From an uncultured Gemmatimonadales bacterium (GTDB taxonomy: Bacteria > Gemmatimonadota > Gemmatimonadetes > Longimicrobiales > RSA9), in NCBI GenBank assembly GCA_963798085.1, contig CAWCRS010000001.1:256001-320000 (forward strand): a stretch of DNA of 64,000 bases. Reading direction: 5' to 3'. A program made the position numbers and the translations under genes. Within the stretch, counting starts at the first letter, position 1, and each line of letters opens with the position of its first letter. The notes beneath the pieces were generated by a model. It worked only from the letters and a program-made list of their open reading frames with translations, was not told where the DNA came from and did not search any database. Below, in pieces: positions 1 to 10,917 of this stretch.

Positions 1-554
1 GTCGCGGCAATGCCGCCCAGCACCAGGATCTTGCCGATCGTCGTGATGTTCTGGAAGCGCGTGCCCGCACGCAGCCCGCCCAGGTGCAGCAGGGCGAAGC
101 ACAGCACCACGAAGCCGGCGACAATGCGGCGATCGCCATGCCCGAGCAGCGAGATGGTGTACTCGGCGATCACCACCGCCTTGGACGCGCCCGAGAAGCC
201 GCGCGACACCAGGATTTCGGCCCAGCCCGCCACGAATCCCGCCAGCGGGCCCCATGCCGCGCGCGCATACACGTACTTGCCGCCCGCGGCCGGCATGGCC
301 GCCGCCATTTCTGCTAACAGCAGTGTACTCAGGCCGGCAATGATACCACCCAGCAGCCAGACACCGAGGATGAGCCACGCGTGGCCGAGGTAGGACGCAA
401 TGAGCCCGGGCGTGCGCAGGATGCCCGCACCGATGACCATGCCGACAGATACGGCCAGCCCGTCGCGCACACGGATGACGCGGCGCAATCCGCCGTTCGC
501 ATCGCGGGCGACGTCTCCCGTTGCCGTGGCCGCCGCGCCCGCCGCCTGCTTCAC
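1..554 (-). CDS. APC-family amino acid permease, N-terminal part (runs off window start)
   Basis: Manual minus-strand translation, not in the ORF track: LRRVIRVRDGLAVSVGMVIGAGILRTPGLIA...AEMAAAMPAAGGKYVYARAAWGPLAGFVAGW...RFQNITTIGK, typical APC motifs. In-frame GTG at 554; start uncertain. Confidence 0.88.
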   Translation of the reverse strand, partial: MKQAAGAAATATGDVARDANGGLRRVIRVRDGLAVSVGMVIGAGILRTPGLIASYLGHAWLILGVWLLGGIIAGLSTLLLAEMAAAMPAAGGKYVYARAAWGPLAGFVAGWAEILVSRGFSGASKAVVIAEYTISLLGHGDRRIVAGFVVLCFALLHLGGLRAGTRFQNITTIGKILVLGGIAA

Positions 555-598
555 GGGGCGAATGCGGGGCAGTGCGGCGTTGTCGTGCCGGTGCTCAC

Positions 599-2419
599 TC
601 AGTAGCCCACGGCGCCCGCATCGCGATCGCGCGGATCGGCGGCGCCCACGCGCTCGCCTGTGCGCGGATCGATCATGATGCAGTGGGCCGCACCCTGTCT
701 TCCGCTCACGCGCACGGTGTACCCCATGGCTTCCAGCGCCTGCACCGTCGCCGGCGTCACGCCGTCCTGCTCGATGGCCAGGCGGTCGGGCAGCCACTGG
801 TGGTGCAGGCGAGGCGCATCCACGGCCGCCTGCACGTCCATGCCGAAATCGACCAGCTGCAGCACGACGCCCAACACCGTGTTAATGATGGTGCGGCCAC
901 CCGGACTGCCCACCACGGCGAAGAGCTTGCCGTCCTTCGCCAGAATGGTGGGCGTCATGCTGGAGAGCATGCGCTGGCCGGGCCGCGCCAGATTGGGTTC
1001 CGTGCCGATCAGTCCGGTCTCATCCGTCAGGCCCGGGCCGGCGTTGAAGTCGCCCATCTCGTTGTTGAGCAGGAAGCCCGCACCGGGCACGACGATCTTC
1101 GAGCCGTAGCCCTGCTCCAGCGTGTACGTCACGCTGACCGCCATGCCGCTGCTGTCGACGACGGAGTAATGCGTTGTTTCCGGACTCTCATGACCGTCCG
1201 CCACCGCGATGTCACCCACGGACGAAGGCGTGGCGTGCTCCGGGTCGATCGTCTTGCGCTGTTCCGCCGCGTACGCCTTGCTCATGAGACGGGCCAGCGG
1301 CATGTCCGCGGCGAAGTCCGGGTCCGCCAGCCAGTGAGCGCGGTCCCGGAACGCCCGCCGCATGGCTTCCGCCACGTAGTGCACGAATGCAGGCGACATG
1401 CTGCCCATCGCCTTGAGATCGTAGCCCTCCAGGATGTTGAGCATCTCGATGATGCCGACGCCGCCGCTGCTGGGCGGCGCCATGCTGATGACCTCATAGC
1501 CGCGATAAGTGCCGCGTACCGGCGCGCGCTCCTTCGCTTCGTACTGCGCGAGGTCCGCTTCCGTGATCAGTCCGCCGCCTCGCCGCATCTCGGCCGCGAG
1601 CAGCTGCGCGGTTTCGCCCTTGTAGAAGCCGTCGCGGCCCTGATCACGGATGCGGCCCAGCGTGCGCGCGAGATCGGGCTGGCGCAGCGTGTCGCCTGCT
1701 TCGAACGGTGTGCCCCGCTTCGAGTAGGCCGCGACACTCGCCGGGAAGCGCTGCATGGAAGGCAGCGCACTCGAAAGCGAGCGCGCCAGAACGGGCGACA
1801 CGACAATGCCGCCCGCTGCCAGCCGGTACGCCGGATCGACCAGTCGCTTCCATGCGCTCTTGCCCCAGCTGCCCTGCGCCTTCGCGAAACCAGCCACGGT
1901 GCCGGGCACTCCCACGGACAGATAGCTGTCGTGATGCGTGCGCGTGGAATACCGGCCGGTGCTGTCCAGGAACATCCGCGCGGTCGCCGCCGCTGGCGCT
2001 TTTTCGCGGAAATCGACAGTCGTCGCACGTCCGTCCGGGAAGCGGATCACCATGAAGCCGCCCCCACCGATATTGCCGGCGGTGGGATGCGTCACGGCCA
2101 GGGCGAATCCCGTGGCGACCGCCGCATCCACGGCATTGCCTCCGTCGCGCAGCACCTGCATGCCGATCTCGCTGGCAATGGCGCTGGCCGAGACCACCAT
2201 GCCATGCGTGCTGCGCACGGGAGCGCGCGCCGGGTTCTCGAATGGCAGCCCCGCCGAAGCTTCGGGCGCCGTGGTGCCCGGCAAGCCACGCGCGCCGGCA
2301 GGCAGGAGACTGAGGCGGGTGCCGGCGCGACCCGCCGGGTGCGCACACGCGGCCGCGAGCATGACGGCAGAGGCAGCCACGGCGGCGTGGCAGCGGCGAC
2401 AGAGAGCTTGCCCCTTCAT
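599..2419 (-). CDS. ggt: Gamma-glutamyltransferase, secreted or lipoprotein
   Basis: GGNAVDAAVA, GNIGGGGFM, DFREKAP, PPSSGG, catalytic ETTHYSVVD, LLNNEMGDF, RMLSSMTP, GSPGG. Confidence 0.97.
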   Translation of the reverse strand: MKGQALCRRCHAAVAASAVMLAAACAHPAGRAGTRLSLLPAGARGLPGTTAPEASAGLPFENPARAPVRSTHGMVVSASAIASEIGMQVLRDGGNAVDAAVATGFALAVTHPTAGNIGGGGFMVIRFPDGRATTVDFREKAPAAATARMFLDSTGRYSTRTHHDSYLSVGVPGTVAGFAKAQGSWGKSAWKRLVDPAYRLAAGGIVVSPVLARSLSSALPSMQRFPASVAAYSKRGTPFEAGDTLRQPDLARTLGRIRDQGRDGFYKGETAQLLAAEMRRGGGLITEADLAQYEAKERAPVRGTYRGYEVISMAPPSSGGVGIIEMLNILEGYDLKAMGSMSPAFVHYVAEAMRRAFRDRAHWLADPDFAADMPLARLMSKAYAAEQRKTIDPEHATPSSVGDIAVADGHESPETTHYSVVDSSGMAVSVTYTLEQGYGSKIVVPGAGFLLNNEMGDFNAGPGLTDETGLIGTEPNLARPGQRMLSSMTPTILAKDGKLFAVVGSPGGRTIINTVLGVVLQLVDFGMDVQAAVDAPRLHHQWLPDRLAIEQDGVTPATVQALEAMGYTVRVSGRQGAAHCIMIDPRTGERVGAADPRDRDAGAVGY

Positions 2420-2465
2420 GGATTCCGCCTCGGGTTAGTTGTGCATGAGCTGGAACGGGTCGGCA

Positions 2466-2852
2466 TCAGCGCGCTCGTTCGCGCGTGGCTTTCAGCGCCT
2501 CGTCGTATTCGGCACGGCAGCGGTAACAGGTGCGTTTGCGTCCCGTGATCCAGCCCCAGGCAACGCTGGCGGGCGCGTTCAGCACGGACGCGCCGCACAG
2601 CGGACAGCGAAAGCGATGGCGCGCGAAGAGCAGCAGTGCGAGCACCCCCGCCAGGGCTGCGCCCGACACGCGCTTCGAGTCCCAGATCATGATGGCGAGC
2701 ACGAGCACGACGACACAGATCCAGTATAGGGCCGTGACGAGCGCGATCTCGCGCTGCAGCCGTGCGCTGTCCGGCCTCACTGCGCTCGTTCCCGCGCGGC
2801 GCCGCTTCGCGCCGTGCCCGTGTGCCTCACTTCTTCCCGCCTCTGCGGCCAC
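2466..2852 (-). CDS. Small membrane protein with two CxxC motifs (zinc-ribbon-like)
   Basis: Two hydrophobic helices, then CPLC...CYRC. Lies in an operon-like run; true start probably downstream of 2852. Confidence 0.6.
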   Translation of the reverse strand: MAAEAGRSEAHGHGAKRRRAGTSAVRPDSARLQREIALVTALYWICVVVLVLAIMIWDSKRVSGAALAGVLALLLFARHRFRCPLCGASVLNAPASVAWGWITGRKRTCYRCRAEYDEALKATRERAR

Positions 2853-3099
2853 CGGCCGGCGACACGTCGATCAGCAGCGCGAGTACGATGCCCACAATGG
2901 GCACGGCGCCGCTGAAGCTGCCGCCGAACCAGTGCTGCACGCACACATACCAGAGCAGTGTCGTGGGCAGGAAGATGAACCCCAGCACCGGCCAGAGCAG
3001 CGTGGGGAAAACACCAGCGAAGAAATTCGACAGGAGCCACGCCAGCACGATGACGAGGCGAGGCGCAATCAGTGCAAAGAGCACAATCAGACAGGGCAT
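2827..3099 (-). CDS. Small hydrophobic membrane protein
   Basis: GGAGG-type RBS upstream; 90 aa with about 3 TM segments (MPCLIVLFALIAPRLVIVLAWLL...FLPTTLLWY). Confidence 0.8.
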   Translation of the reverse strand: MPCLIVLFALIAPRLVIVLAWLLSNFFAGVFPTLLWPVLGFIFLPTTLLWYVCVQHWFGGSFSGAVPIVGIVLALLIDVSPAGGRRGGKK

Positions 3100-3286
3100 T
3101 CCGTTTCCTCCTCCGCTCCTGCGGCCGCGCGGCGAGCCGCAGTCGATGCAATGGCTGCAGGCCCTCCCGCGGCGCCCCTTCGGTCATGGCGCCGCACCGC
3201 CACGGCGCAGATCACGTGCCGCTGCCAGAGCGTCTGCCGCACACGGACGCGTGAACCCGACGTCGGGCCAGCCACCGGCGCCACGC

Positions 3287-3805
3287 TCAGTCGCGCGGCC
3301 GGTGTTTCCAGCCGAGAAAGGCGAAACCCAGGAAACCCACGGCAAACAGCGCACTCTGTGCAGTGCCCCTGGCAATCGTGCCGCGCGCGTTGAGCAGCGC
3401 CGTCGCACTCTGTTTTGCCGCCTGGTTCAGAATCGCTTCCTGTCCCGAGTACAGCACCAGCAACACCACCGCCATGGCGGGTGCGAGCAGCAGAAACAGC
3501 AGTGTCAGCAGCCGCACGGCGGACAGCCGGCGTGTGGCAATGGAGGATGTGAGCAACAGGCCGAGTCCGGCCGTCGGAAGCAGCAGACCATCCAGTACGG
3601 CGGCCGCACTGCGGAAGCGCCAGGCTCCGTCGTGCGGCGACAGGGTGACCAGCAGGGGCGCCCCGATGGCGGCGACACCGATCCCCGCGAGCACGAACCC
3701 GGTCCAGCCCAGGAATGCCCAGGCCTGCCGGCGGGCAGCGCGATCCGGGTCCTCCGGTTTTCCGCGTTGAACCCGCAGCTCTTCGGGAACAATGATATCC
3801 GACAC
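3287..3805 (-). CDS. Hypothetical 4-TM membrane protein
   Basis: GTG at 3805 with GGGAGG upstream; four hydrophobic segments. Confidence 0.7.
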   Translation of the reverse strand: MSDIIVPEELRVQRGKPEDPDRAARRQAWAFLGWTGFVLAGIGVAAIGAPLLVTLSPHDGAWRFRSAAAVLDGLLLPTAGLGLLLTSSIATRRLSAVRLLTLLFLLLAPAMAVVLLVLYSGQEAILNQAAKQSATALLNARGTIARGTAQSALFAVGFLGFAFLGWKHRPRD

Positions 3806-4053
3806 AACGCCTCCCTTCCCGCTTCGGAAACCGGGGGGCTGCTCAATTAACAGGCTGTGCCGGTGCCGGCGCAAGCCGCCGGCAACCGGTGAGCCTGCCC
3901 TCAAGGACACCCATTGGCTCATGCGCCCGTACGCGGACCCTGCATTGTCGCCTGACCCTGTTCCGGGTCGGCCGCGCCTCGCCCTCCTGTTGCGCGTTGC
4001 CCGCGCTCCTTACAATCGCTGTTTCCGTCAACCAATGTGGGGGAGCATCCACT

Positions 4054-6313
4054 GTGATTCGAGACACCGAAGTCCTGCTGTATCACAACGGCGGGCGACC
4101 GGGCAAGATCGAGGTCGTGCCTTCCAAGCCCTGTGTTACCCAGCGCGACCTCTCCATGGCCTACACGCCCGGCGTAGCCCTGCCCTGCCGGCTGATCCAC
4201 CAGGACCCCAGCAACGTCTTCAACTACACGGCCCGCGGCAATCTGGTCGCGGTCATCACCAACGGCACCGCCGTTCTCGGACTGGGCAACATCGGCCCGC
4301 TCGCGGGCAAGCCCGTCATGGAAGGAAAAGCGGTCCTCTTCAAGCGCTTCGCCGACGTGGACGTCTTCGACATCGAGCTGGCCACCGAAGACCCGGAAGA
4401 AATCGTGCGCTGCGTGAAGCTCCTGGAGCCCACGTTCGGCGGGATCAACCTCGAAGACATCAAGGCGCCCGAGTGCTTCTACATCGAGGAAGCGCTGCAA
4501 CGCGCCATGGACATTCCGGTGTTCCATGATGACCAGCACGGCACCGCCATCATCAGCAGTGCCGCACTGCTGAATGCACTGGAGCTGACCGGCAAGGACA
4601 TTTCCCACATCAAGGTCGTGTTCGCGGGGGCCGGCGCGGCAGGCATTGCCTGCGCCAACATGTACATCGCGCTGGGCGTGGATCCGGCCAACGTGCTGAT
4701 GACCGATTCCAAGGGTGTGCTGTACGAAGGGCGGGACGAGTCGTTCAATCCCTACAAGCAGAAGTACGTGTGCAGAACCGATTGCCGCACCATCGGCGAT
4801 GCGCTCGAGGGTGCCGATGTCTTCGTGGGCGTCTCCAGCAAGGACCTGGTCACGCCCGAGATGGTACGCTCCATGGCCGACCAGGCCATCGTCTTCGCCA
4901 TGGCCAATCCCGACCCGGAGATCACGTACGAGGCCGCCAAGCAGGCCCGGCCCGACGTGATCATGGCCACGGGCCGCTCCGACTATCCCAATCAGGTTAA
5001 CAACGTGTTGGGATTTCCCTTCATCTTCCGCGGCGCACTCGATGTGCGCGCCCGCGCCATCAACGACACCATGAAGATCGCTGCGGCCCGCGCCCTGGCC
5101 GCGCTCGCCAAGGAGGATGTGCCCGACGCCGTCATCAACGCCTACGGCGGCGAACGCTTCGCCTTCGGTCCCGATTACATCATCCCCAAGCCGTTCGATG
5201 CGCGCGTCCTCACCTGGGAGGCGCCCGCCGTGGCGCGCGCCGCCATCGAGAGCGGCGTGGCCCGCACCCTCATCGAGGACTGGGACGAGTACGTGGCCGC
5301 GCTCGAACGCCGCATCCTGGGCAAGAGCCACCAGGTCATACGCGGCATCGTGCAGAAGGCGCGTCGCGGCCGGCGCCGGCGCGTCGTCTTTCCCGAGGCC
5401 ACCGAAGAGAAAGTGCTGCGTGCCTGCCAGATGATCGTCGACGAGAACATCGCCGAGCCCGTGCTCGTGGGAAACCCGCAGGAAGTGCGGCTGGCCGCGC
5501 GCAGCCTGGGCCTCGATCTCGATCACGTCGAAGTCGTCGACATGCATGATTCCGACAAACTGGAATTCCACACCGAGCAGCTCTATTCACTGCGCCAGCG
5601 CTCCGGCATCACCCCGCAGAAAGCCAAGCGCCTGATGCTCGATCCGCTGTACTTCGGCATCATGATGGTGCACATGGGCGAAGCCGATGGACTGGTGTGC
5701 GGCCTGAATCGTTCGTATCCGGACATGATCCGTCCCGCGCTCCAGGTCATCGGACTGCGCAAGGGCATCACGCGCACCGCCGGCGTCTACTGCATCGTGC
5801 TCAAGGACCGCGTGCTGGTGGTGGCCGATGCCACCGTCAACATCGAGCCGACCGCGGATGAGCTGGCCGAGATCGCACTCATGGCCGCCAATGTCGCGCG
5901 CTACTACTTCGACATGACGCCGAAGGTGGCGATGCTCTCCTTCAGCAACTTCGGTTCGGTCGATCACCCGCACGCACGCAAGGTCAAGGAAGCCACTGCC
6001 ATTGCGCGCGCCCGCCAGCCATCGCTCGTCATCGAAGGCGAAATGCAGGCGGACACGGCCCTCGTGCCCGAGATCTGCGAGACCGCGTTTCCGCACTCGG
6101 CCATTGTAGGCGACGCCAACGTCCTCATCTTTCCGGACCTGCAATCCGGCAACATTGCCTACAAGCTGATCCAGCACCTGGCAAAGGCCGAGCTCGATCG
6201 GGCCCATCCTCGTGGGCCTGCGCAAGCCGGTCAACGTGCTGAACCACTACTCATCCGTATCGGAGATCGCCAACATCACGGCCATCACCACCATCATGGC
6301 TAACAGCGGGTAA
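4054..6313 (+). CDS. maeB: NADP-dependent malic enzyme with phosphotransacetylase-like C-terminal domain; +1 frameshift near 6196
   Basis: [62 protein letters not shown]. The expected [15 protein letters not shown]...* continues in the next frame to TAA at 6311-6313. Confidence 0.95.
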
Positions 6314-6319
6314 GGGCAT

Positions 6320-6665
6320 CCCGCGCCGGTCCGGGGCGGCGCGCGTGCTTCACTGGCAGGTGCTGCGCAGCGGGTGAGGGTCGCGTCGTGCCCCGGCGCG
6401 CGCTGTGCCGCCAGCGCGCGCTGCACCTGCTGCAGGGCTGAGGCGACGACGCTCTTCACATCGCCGAAGCGGGTGCCGGCGAGATTGTTGTAGCCGGCCG
6501 TCGGCGCAGCGGCGATCCTCCGCGTGCTGGCAGTGATCAGCCGAAGCCAGCAGCTGCCCAGCTGCGCCAGCGCTGGTAATCCCGTGTCAGCCGGCGGTCG
6601 CCCGTCCGGCCACACGCCAGTGCCGCCAGCCCAACGGCGATGATCACGACATTCCCTCTCGTCAT
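6320..6665 (-). other. Possible small lipoprotein gene, apparently frameshifted
   Basis: MTRGNVVIIAVGLAALAC resembles a lipobox signal but that frame stops at 6537. Plausible protein-like sequence continues in another frame (YNNLAGTRFGDVKSVVASALQQVQ). End coordinate approximate. Confidence 0.3.
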
Positions 6666-6736
6666 GACAGGCACGGTACGCGGCCTGGAAGTCACCGTCA
6701 CGCACGTCGTCCCAATTCGCCATTCTTGCGCCCCGC

Positions 6737-9700
6737 GTGCGCCGTTTTCTTGGCGCCGTGAACAACGCGGGAATCTTCGAGGCGGCGCTGCACGCGCCGG
6801 GTGGCCGGAATGTGCTGGAGGCTCTGGTGGCGGCTCTGGGGCTCGAGGCGCAGGCGCGGCCGATCGCGCCGGAGCAGTATGGCGCATGGGATGTCGCGGA
6901 CGTGGCGGACCTGCGCTGGTTCGCGGCGCTCGCTGAGCGCGGCAGCATGCTGGTCCTGGCATTCGAGCTGGCCGCGGAGCCTTCGCCCTCACGCGTGGCG
7001 GATCTGTCGCAGCGCGTACGACGCGCGGACGGCGAACGCGAGCATCTGCTGCTGGTGACGGACGCCCAGTGCCGGCGCATTGCGGTGGCGTGTCACGGCC
7101 TCGAAGGCGAGCTGCGCCATCTGACCATTGAGCGACAGGCCGTGCGCGCGACCGACCTGGAAGCGCTGCAGGAAATGATCGCGCTGCCCGAGGAAGGCGG
7201 CATCGCGCTGGTCCTGCGCTTTGCGCGTGCTCTCGACCGTTCCCGGGTCACGGTGCGCTTCTTCGTGGACTTCCGCGCCCAGCGTGCCCGTGTCGCAGCG
7301 GCGTGGCAGGGCGTACCGGCGCAGGCGAAAGGCGATCGCGAGCAGCTGGCCCTGCTGTTCCTCTGTCGCCTGATGTTTCTCTACTTCCTGCAGCGTCGCG
7401 GACATCTCGCAGGCGACGACGCGTTCCTGGCCAATCTCGTGCGCCGGTGGCAGCAGCGGCGATCGCGACGACGCACCTTCTTCCGGCGCGTGCTGGAGCC
7501 GCTGTTCTTCGGTGCGCTGAACACGCGGCCGCAGCAGCGCACGGCAGCGGCGAAGGCGCTGGGCGATCTGCCGTACCTGAATGGCGGCCTCTTCGAGCGC
7601 TCGGCGGTGGAGCACCGTCATCCCCGGCTGGATCTGGGCGACGACGCAGCCCTCGGTGTCTTCGAGCAGCTGCTCGAGCGCTATCGCTTCACCACGCGTG
7701 ATTCGGCCGACGAGGTGGCGGATGGCGAAGCGGCGCTGGGCATCGATCCGGAGATGCTGGGTCGCGTGTTCGAGGGCATGATGGCGGGCGAGCGGCGAGG
7801 CGACACGGGCACGTTCTTCACGCCTGCCGCCGCCGCGGATCGACTGGTCTCCGCGACACTGGGCGCACACATCGGTACCCGGCTGGGCCTCAGTGAAGCG
7901 AGCGCTGCGTGCGTCGTGAGCGGCGATGTGAGCACGCTCGATTGCGTCGGGAGGGAGCGCCTCGCCGGGCTCTTGCGCGACCTGCGCGTGCTCGATCCGG
8001 CGTGCGGTTCGGGCGCGTTCCTGCTGGCCGCGCTGTCGCGCGTGAGCGGGCTGCGCGCGCGGCTCGATGGCGGTGATGCCGTGCGCGCCCGCTGGGACAT
8101 TGTCGCCCGATCGCTGCACGGCGTCGACCTGCAGTCGGATGCCGCGCTGCTCTGCGCACTGCGACTCTGGCTGGCGCTGACGTTCGCGCAGCCGGCCGGC
8201 GCGGTGACGCCGCTGCCCAACCTCGATCGTCGCATCCGCCAGGGTGACGTGCTGCTGGATCCGCTGGACGTGTTGTCCGCGGAGGGACCGGGCTCTCCGG
8301 AGTGGTCGGCCGCGGCGGACCCGGTAGTGCGGCGCGCAGCCGCCGCGCTGGGGTCCCTGGCAGTCTGTTACGTGGGCGCGGAGCCGGGCGAGCGCGAAAC
8401 CGTGCGGCGCGAGCTGGCCAATGGCGAGCGCGTGCTGGCGAAGGCGTGGCTGGAGGCCGTGCAGCGGGGCCTGGCGCATCGCGTCGGTGGACTGCGTGTG
8501 CGCGCCGCGCAGCGCGACCTCTGGGGCTTGCCCGGCGACGATGCGCGTGCGGCCTCGGCGGCGCTGCCGCGCGTCGAGGCCAATGTGCGTCAGGTGCGGA
8601 GGCTGCTGTCGGCGATCGACGAATCGAGCGCGCTGCCCTTCTTTTCGTTTGCCGTGCATTTCGCCAATGCCGCGCTGTCCGGCTTCGATCTGGTGCTCAC
8701 GAATCCGCCGTGGGTGCGTGCGCATCGCTGGCCTGCGACGCTGCGCCGCATGCTGCGTCGCCGGTACGCCGTGTGTCGCGATCCCGGCTGGCGGCGAGGC
8801 GCACAGCTGGCGCGCGCGCCGCTGGCGGCGGGGGCGCAGGTGGATCTCGCGCTGCTCTTCCTCGAGCGCTCGCTGCGCGCGCTGGCGGAGGGTGGCACGC
8901 TCGGCATTCTGCTGCCGGCCAAGCTGCTGCGTTCGCTGTACGGCGGCCCCGCCCGGCGTATGCTGTTGCGCGACACGCGGCTGTCGCTCGTCGAGGATCA
9001 CTCGCTGGATCAGCACGCCATCTTCGCAGCCGACTCGTTCACCACCGCGATCGTCGCCACGCGACGCGGCATGTCCGAGACGGCGGTCGGGACGACGTCT
9101 CCGGGTGTGCGCATCGCCATGCACCGCCGCGGCGCACCGCCGCTGCGTTTCGTGCTGGATGCGGCCTGTCTGCCGGTGTTCCCCGGCGACCTGGATGCGC
9201 CCTGGCTGCTGGCGCCGCCCGCGGTGAACGGCGTGTTGCGCAGGCTGCAGCAAGCGGGCCCGCCGCTGGGCTGCCGGCTGCGCGTGCGGCGGGGCATCTT
9301 CACCGGTTCTAACAATGTGTTATTGGTGCGCGAGGTCACGCCGCGGCTGGGCGGACTGGCCGAGATCCGGGCGCAGGGCTGGCACACGAGCGGGCGGGGT
9401 GGCGGCCGGCGGGCCAGGGAGTACGAGGCGCTGATCGAGAGCGCGGTGCTGCGCCCGCTGCTGCGTGGTGGCGACATCTCAGCGTGGCGGTGTCGCCCTG
9501 CACACTGGGTCATCTGGCTGCACGACGATACGGGTCGCGCCGTCGCCCCGCCGCCCCGTCTGGCTGCCTACCTCGAGCGTCATCGTACGAAACTGGAGCA
9601 GCGCTCAGGTACGCGCGCGGGCACCCCGCTGGGCAGTGTGTTCCGCGTGTCCGCTGAAGCGCTCGGTCCGAAAGTCGTGTGGCACGACCTGGCCGACACG

Positions 9701-10126
9701 CTCAAGGCGGTGGCGGTGCCGGGTGAGGTGCGCACTGCGCTGGGCTGTGGCCAGCCGATGGTCCCGCTCAACACCGTGTACTTCATCGCCACGCATGACG
9801 AGCGCGAATCCCTGCTGCTGGCGGCGCTGCTGAACTCCCTTCCCGTGCGCACCTTCGCGCGCACCATTGCGGAGCGCGCGAAGGATGCGCGCTTCCGCTT
9901 CTTCGCCTGGGTGCTGGGCGTGCTGCCGCTGCCTGCCGCGTGGCGCGACGGCGTGCACGCGCAACGCATGCTCGGGCTTTCCCGCGCCGCGCACGAGCGC
10001 GGCTGTGTTTCCGCCGATGAGCAGGCCGAGCTGGACGGCCTGGTGGGGGGCCTCTACGGCCTGTCCGCGGTGGACCTCGAGCAGCTCGCCCGTTTCGATG
10101 CCTGGTTGTCCGGGAGAACAACATGA
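6737..10126 (+). CDS. Large N6-adenine DNA methyltransferase (Eco57I / type IIG-like architecture) with C-terminal target-recognition-like region
   Basis: PYLNGGLF, IDPEMLGRVFE, GTFFTP, motif I VLDPACGSGAFL, motif IV FDLVLTNPPW, PLLRGGDI, PKVVW, PLNTVYFI, LAALLNS. Confidence 0.9.
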   Translation: MRRFLGAVNNAGIFEAALHAPGGRNVLEALVAALGLEAQARPIAPEQYGAWDVADVADLRWFAALAERGSMLVLAFELAAEPSPSRVADLSQRVRRADGEREHLLLVTDAQCRRIAVACHGLEGELRHLTIERQAVRATDLEALQEMIALPEEGGIALVLRFARALDRSRVTVRFFVDFRAQRARVAAAWQGVPAQAKGDREQLALLFLCRLMFLYFLQRRGHLAGDDAFLANLVRRWQQRRSRRRTFFRRVLEPLFFGALNTRPQQRTAAAKALGDLPYLNGGLFERSAVEHRHPRLDLGDDAALGVFEQLLERYRFTTRDSADEVADGEAALGIDPEMLGRVFEGMMAGERRGDTGTFFTPAAAADRLVSATLGAHIGTRLGLSEASAACVVSGDVSTLDCVGRERLAGLLRDLRVLDPACGSGAFLLAALSRVSGLRARLDGGDAVRARWDIVARSLHGVDLQSDAALLCALRLWLALTFAQPAGAVTPLPNLDRRIRQGDVLLDPLDVLSAEGPGSPEWSAAADPVVRRAAAALGSLAVCYVGAEPGERETVRRELANGERVLAKAWLEAVQRGLAHRVGGLRVRAAQRDLWGLPGDDARAASAALPRVEANVRQVRRLLSAIDESSALPFFSFAVHFANAALSGFDLVLTNPPWVRAHRWPATLRRMLRRRYAVCRDPGWRRGAQLARAPLAAGAQVDLALLFLERSLRALAEGGTLGILLPAKLLRSLYGGPARRMLLRDTRLSLVEDHSLDQHAIFAADSFTTAIVATRRGMSETAVGTTSPGVRIAMHRRGAPPLRFVLDAACLPVFPGDLDAPWLLAPPAVNGVLRRLQQAGPPLGCRLRVRRGIFTGSNNVLLVREVTPRLGGLAEIRAQGWHTSGRGGGRRAREYEALIESAVLRPLLRGGDISAWRCRPAHWVIWLHDDTGRAVAPPPRLAAYLERHRTKLEQRSGTRAGTPLGSVFRVSAEALGPKVVWHDLADTLKAVAVPGEVRTALGCGQPMVPLNTVYFIATHDERESLLLAALLNSLPVRTFARTIAERAKDARFRFFAWVLGVLPLPAAWRDGVHAQRMLGLSRAAHERGCVSADEQAELDGLVGGLYGLSAVDLEQLARFDAWLSGRTT

Positions 10127-10770
10127 GTCCCGTCCTGCGCCACGCCTCGCCCACCCCTGCCTTTGTCTTCGACGACGACGCCTCGCCCGGGGCGCGCGCG
10201 GTGCTGCGTTTTCTGCTGCGGCACGCGCACGTCGTCGACCTGGCAGTCTCCAACATACGGTTAGCGGCCTTGAGCTTCGCGCGTGAGGACCTGGTGGGCG
10301 TGCGTTCGGCGCGCGTGCTGATCGCCGGTTTCGACAACCTGGGCCTGCTCAATGCGGTGGATGCCGCGGCGGACCTGCCGGCGCACGCGGCTGGACTCGC
10401 CGTGCTGCACGGCTTTCTCGCCAGCGGGCGCCTGGAGATACGCTCGTCCGGCGTGCAACGCTGGACGCCCGACTTCTGCATCGCCGGCGGGCCGCCGCTG
10501 GCGAGGTGGTTCCCGGATGGCGCAGCCAGTCTCATCGGCAACCTGGGTCTGGGTGCGGCACACCCGTACCGCCGGCCCTTGCTGACATCGCTGTTGACGG
10601 GCCGTCGCTCCATCCGCACGGTGCGGCGGGGCTTTGAACGCGTGTGGATGGCCGGTCACGACATACGGGCCGTGGTCGCCGAAGCGCTGGCCGGAGTGGT
10701 GGCCGGGAGCGGCATCAACGAAGCGGGAAGGGCGCGCGAAGACCACGGAGGAGCGGCAGCTGCGCAATGA
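10123..10770 (+). CDS. PLD-fold-like protein lacking the HKD motif
   Basis: ATGA overlap with the MTase stop. Pattern follows single-domain PLD nucleases (VDLAV, ARVLIAG, GRLEIR, LIG, FERVW) but has RWTPDFCI where HxK is expected. Fold assignment is by eye. Confidence 0.6.
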   Translation: MSPVLRHASPTPAFVFDDDASPGARAVLRFLLRHAHVVDLAVSNIRLAALSFAREDLVGVRSARVLIAGFDNLGLLNAVDAAADLPAHAAGLAVLHGFLASGRLEIRSSGVQRWTPDFCIAGGPPLARWFPDGAASLIGNLGLGAAHPYRRPLLTSLLTGRRSIRTVRRGFERVWMAGHDIRAVVAEALAGVVAGSGINEAGRAREDHGGAAAAQ

Positions 10771-10917
10771 AACCGGCACCCGAATCCGCCGCCTCTCCAG
10801 TGCCTGGATTGTGGCGACGGGTCCCGGCGCGGGATCTGGTGCTGCGTCTGCTGCAGTCCGAGTTCGGAGCCTCCGCGGGGAGTGCTGCATCCGCCAATCG
10901 CTGGGGTGGGTCCCCGA

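Noticed and set aside
6190..6200. Programmed frameshifting or phase variation in maeB and other split genes
   Set aside because: No slippery sequence or long homopolymer at the breaks, and too many unrelated genes are affected.
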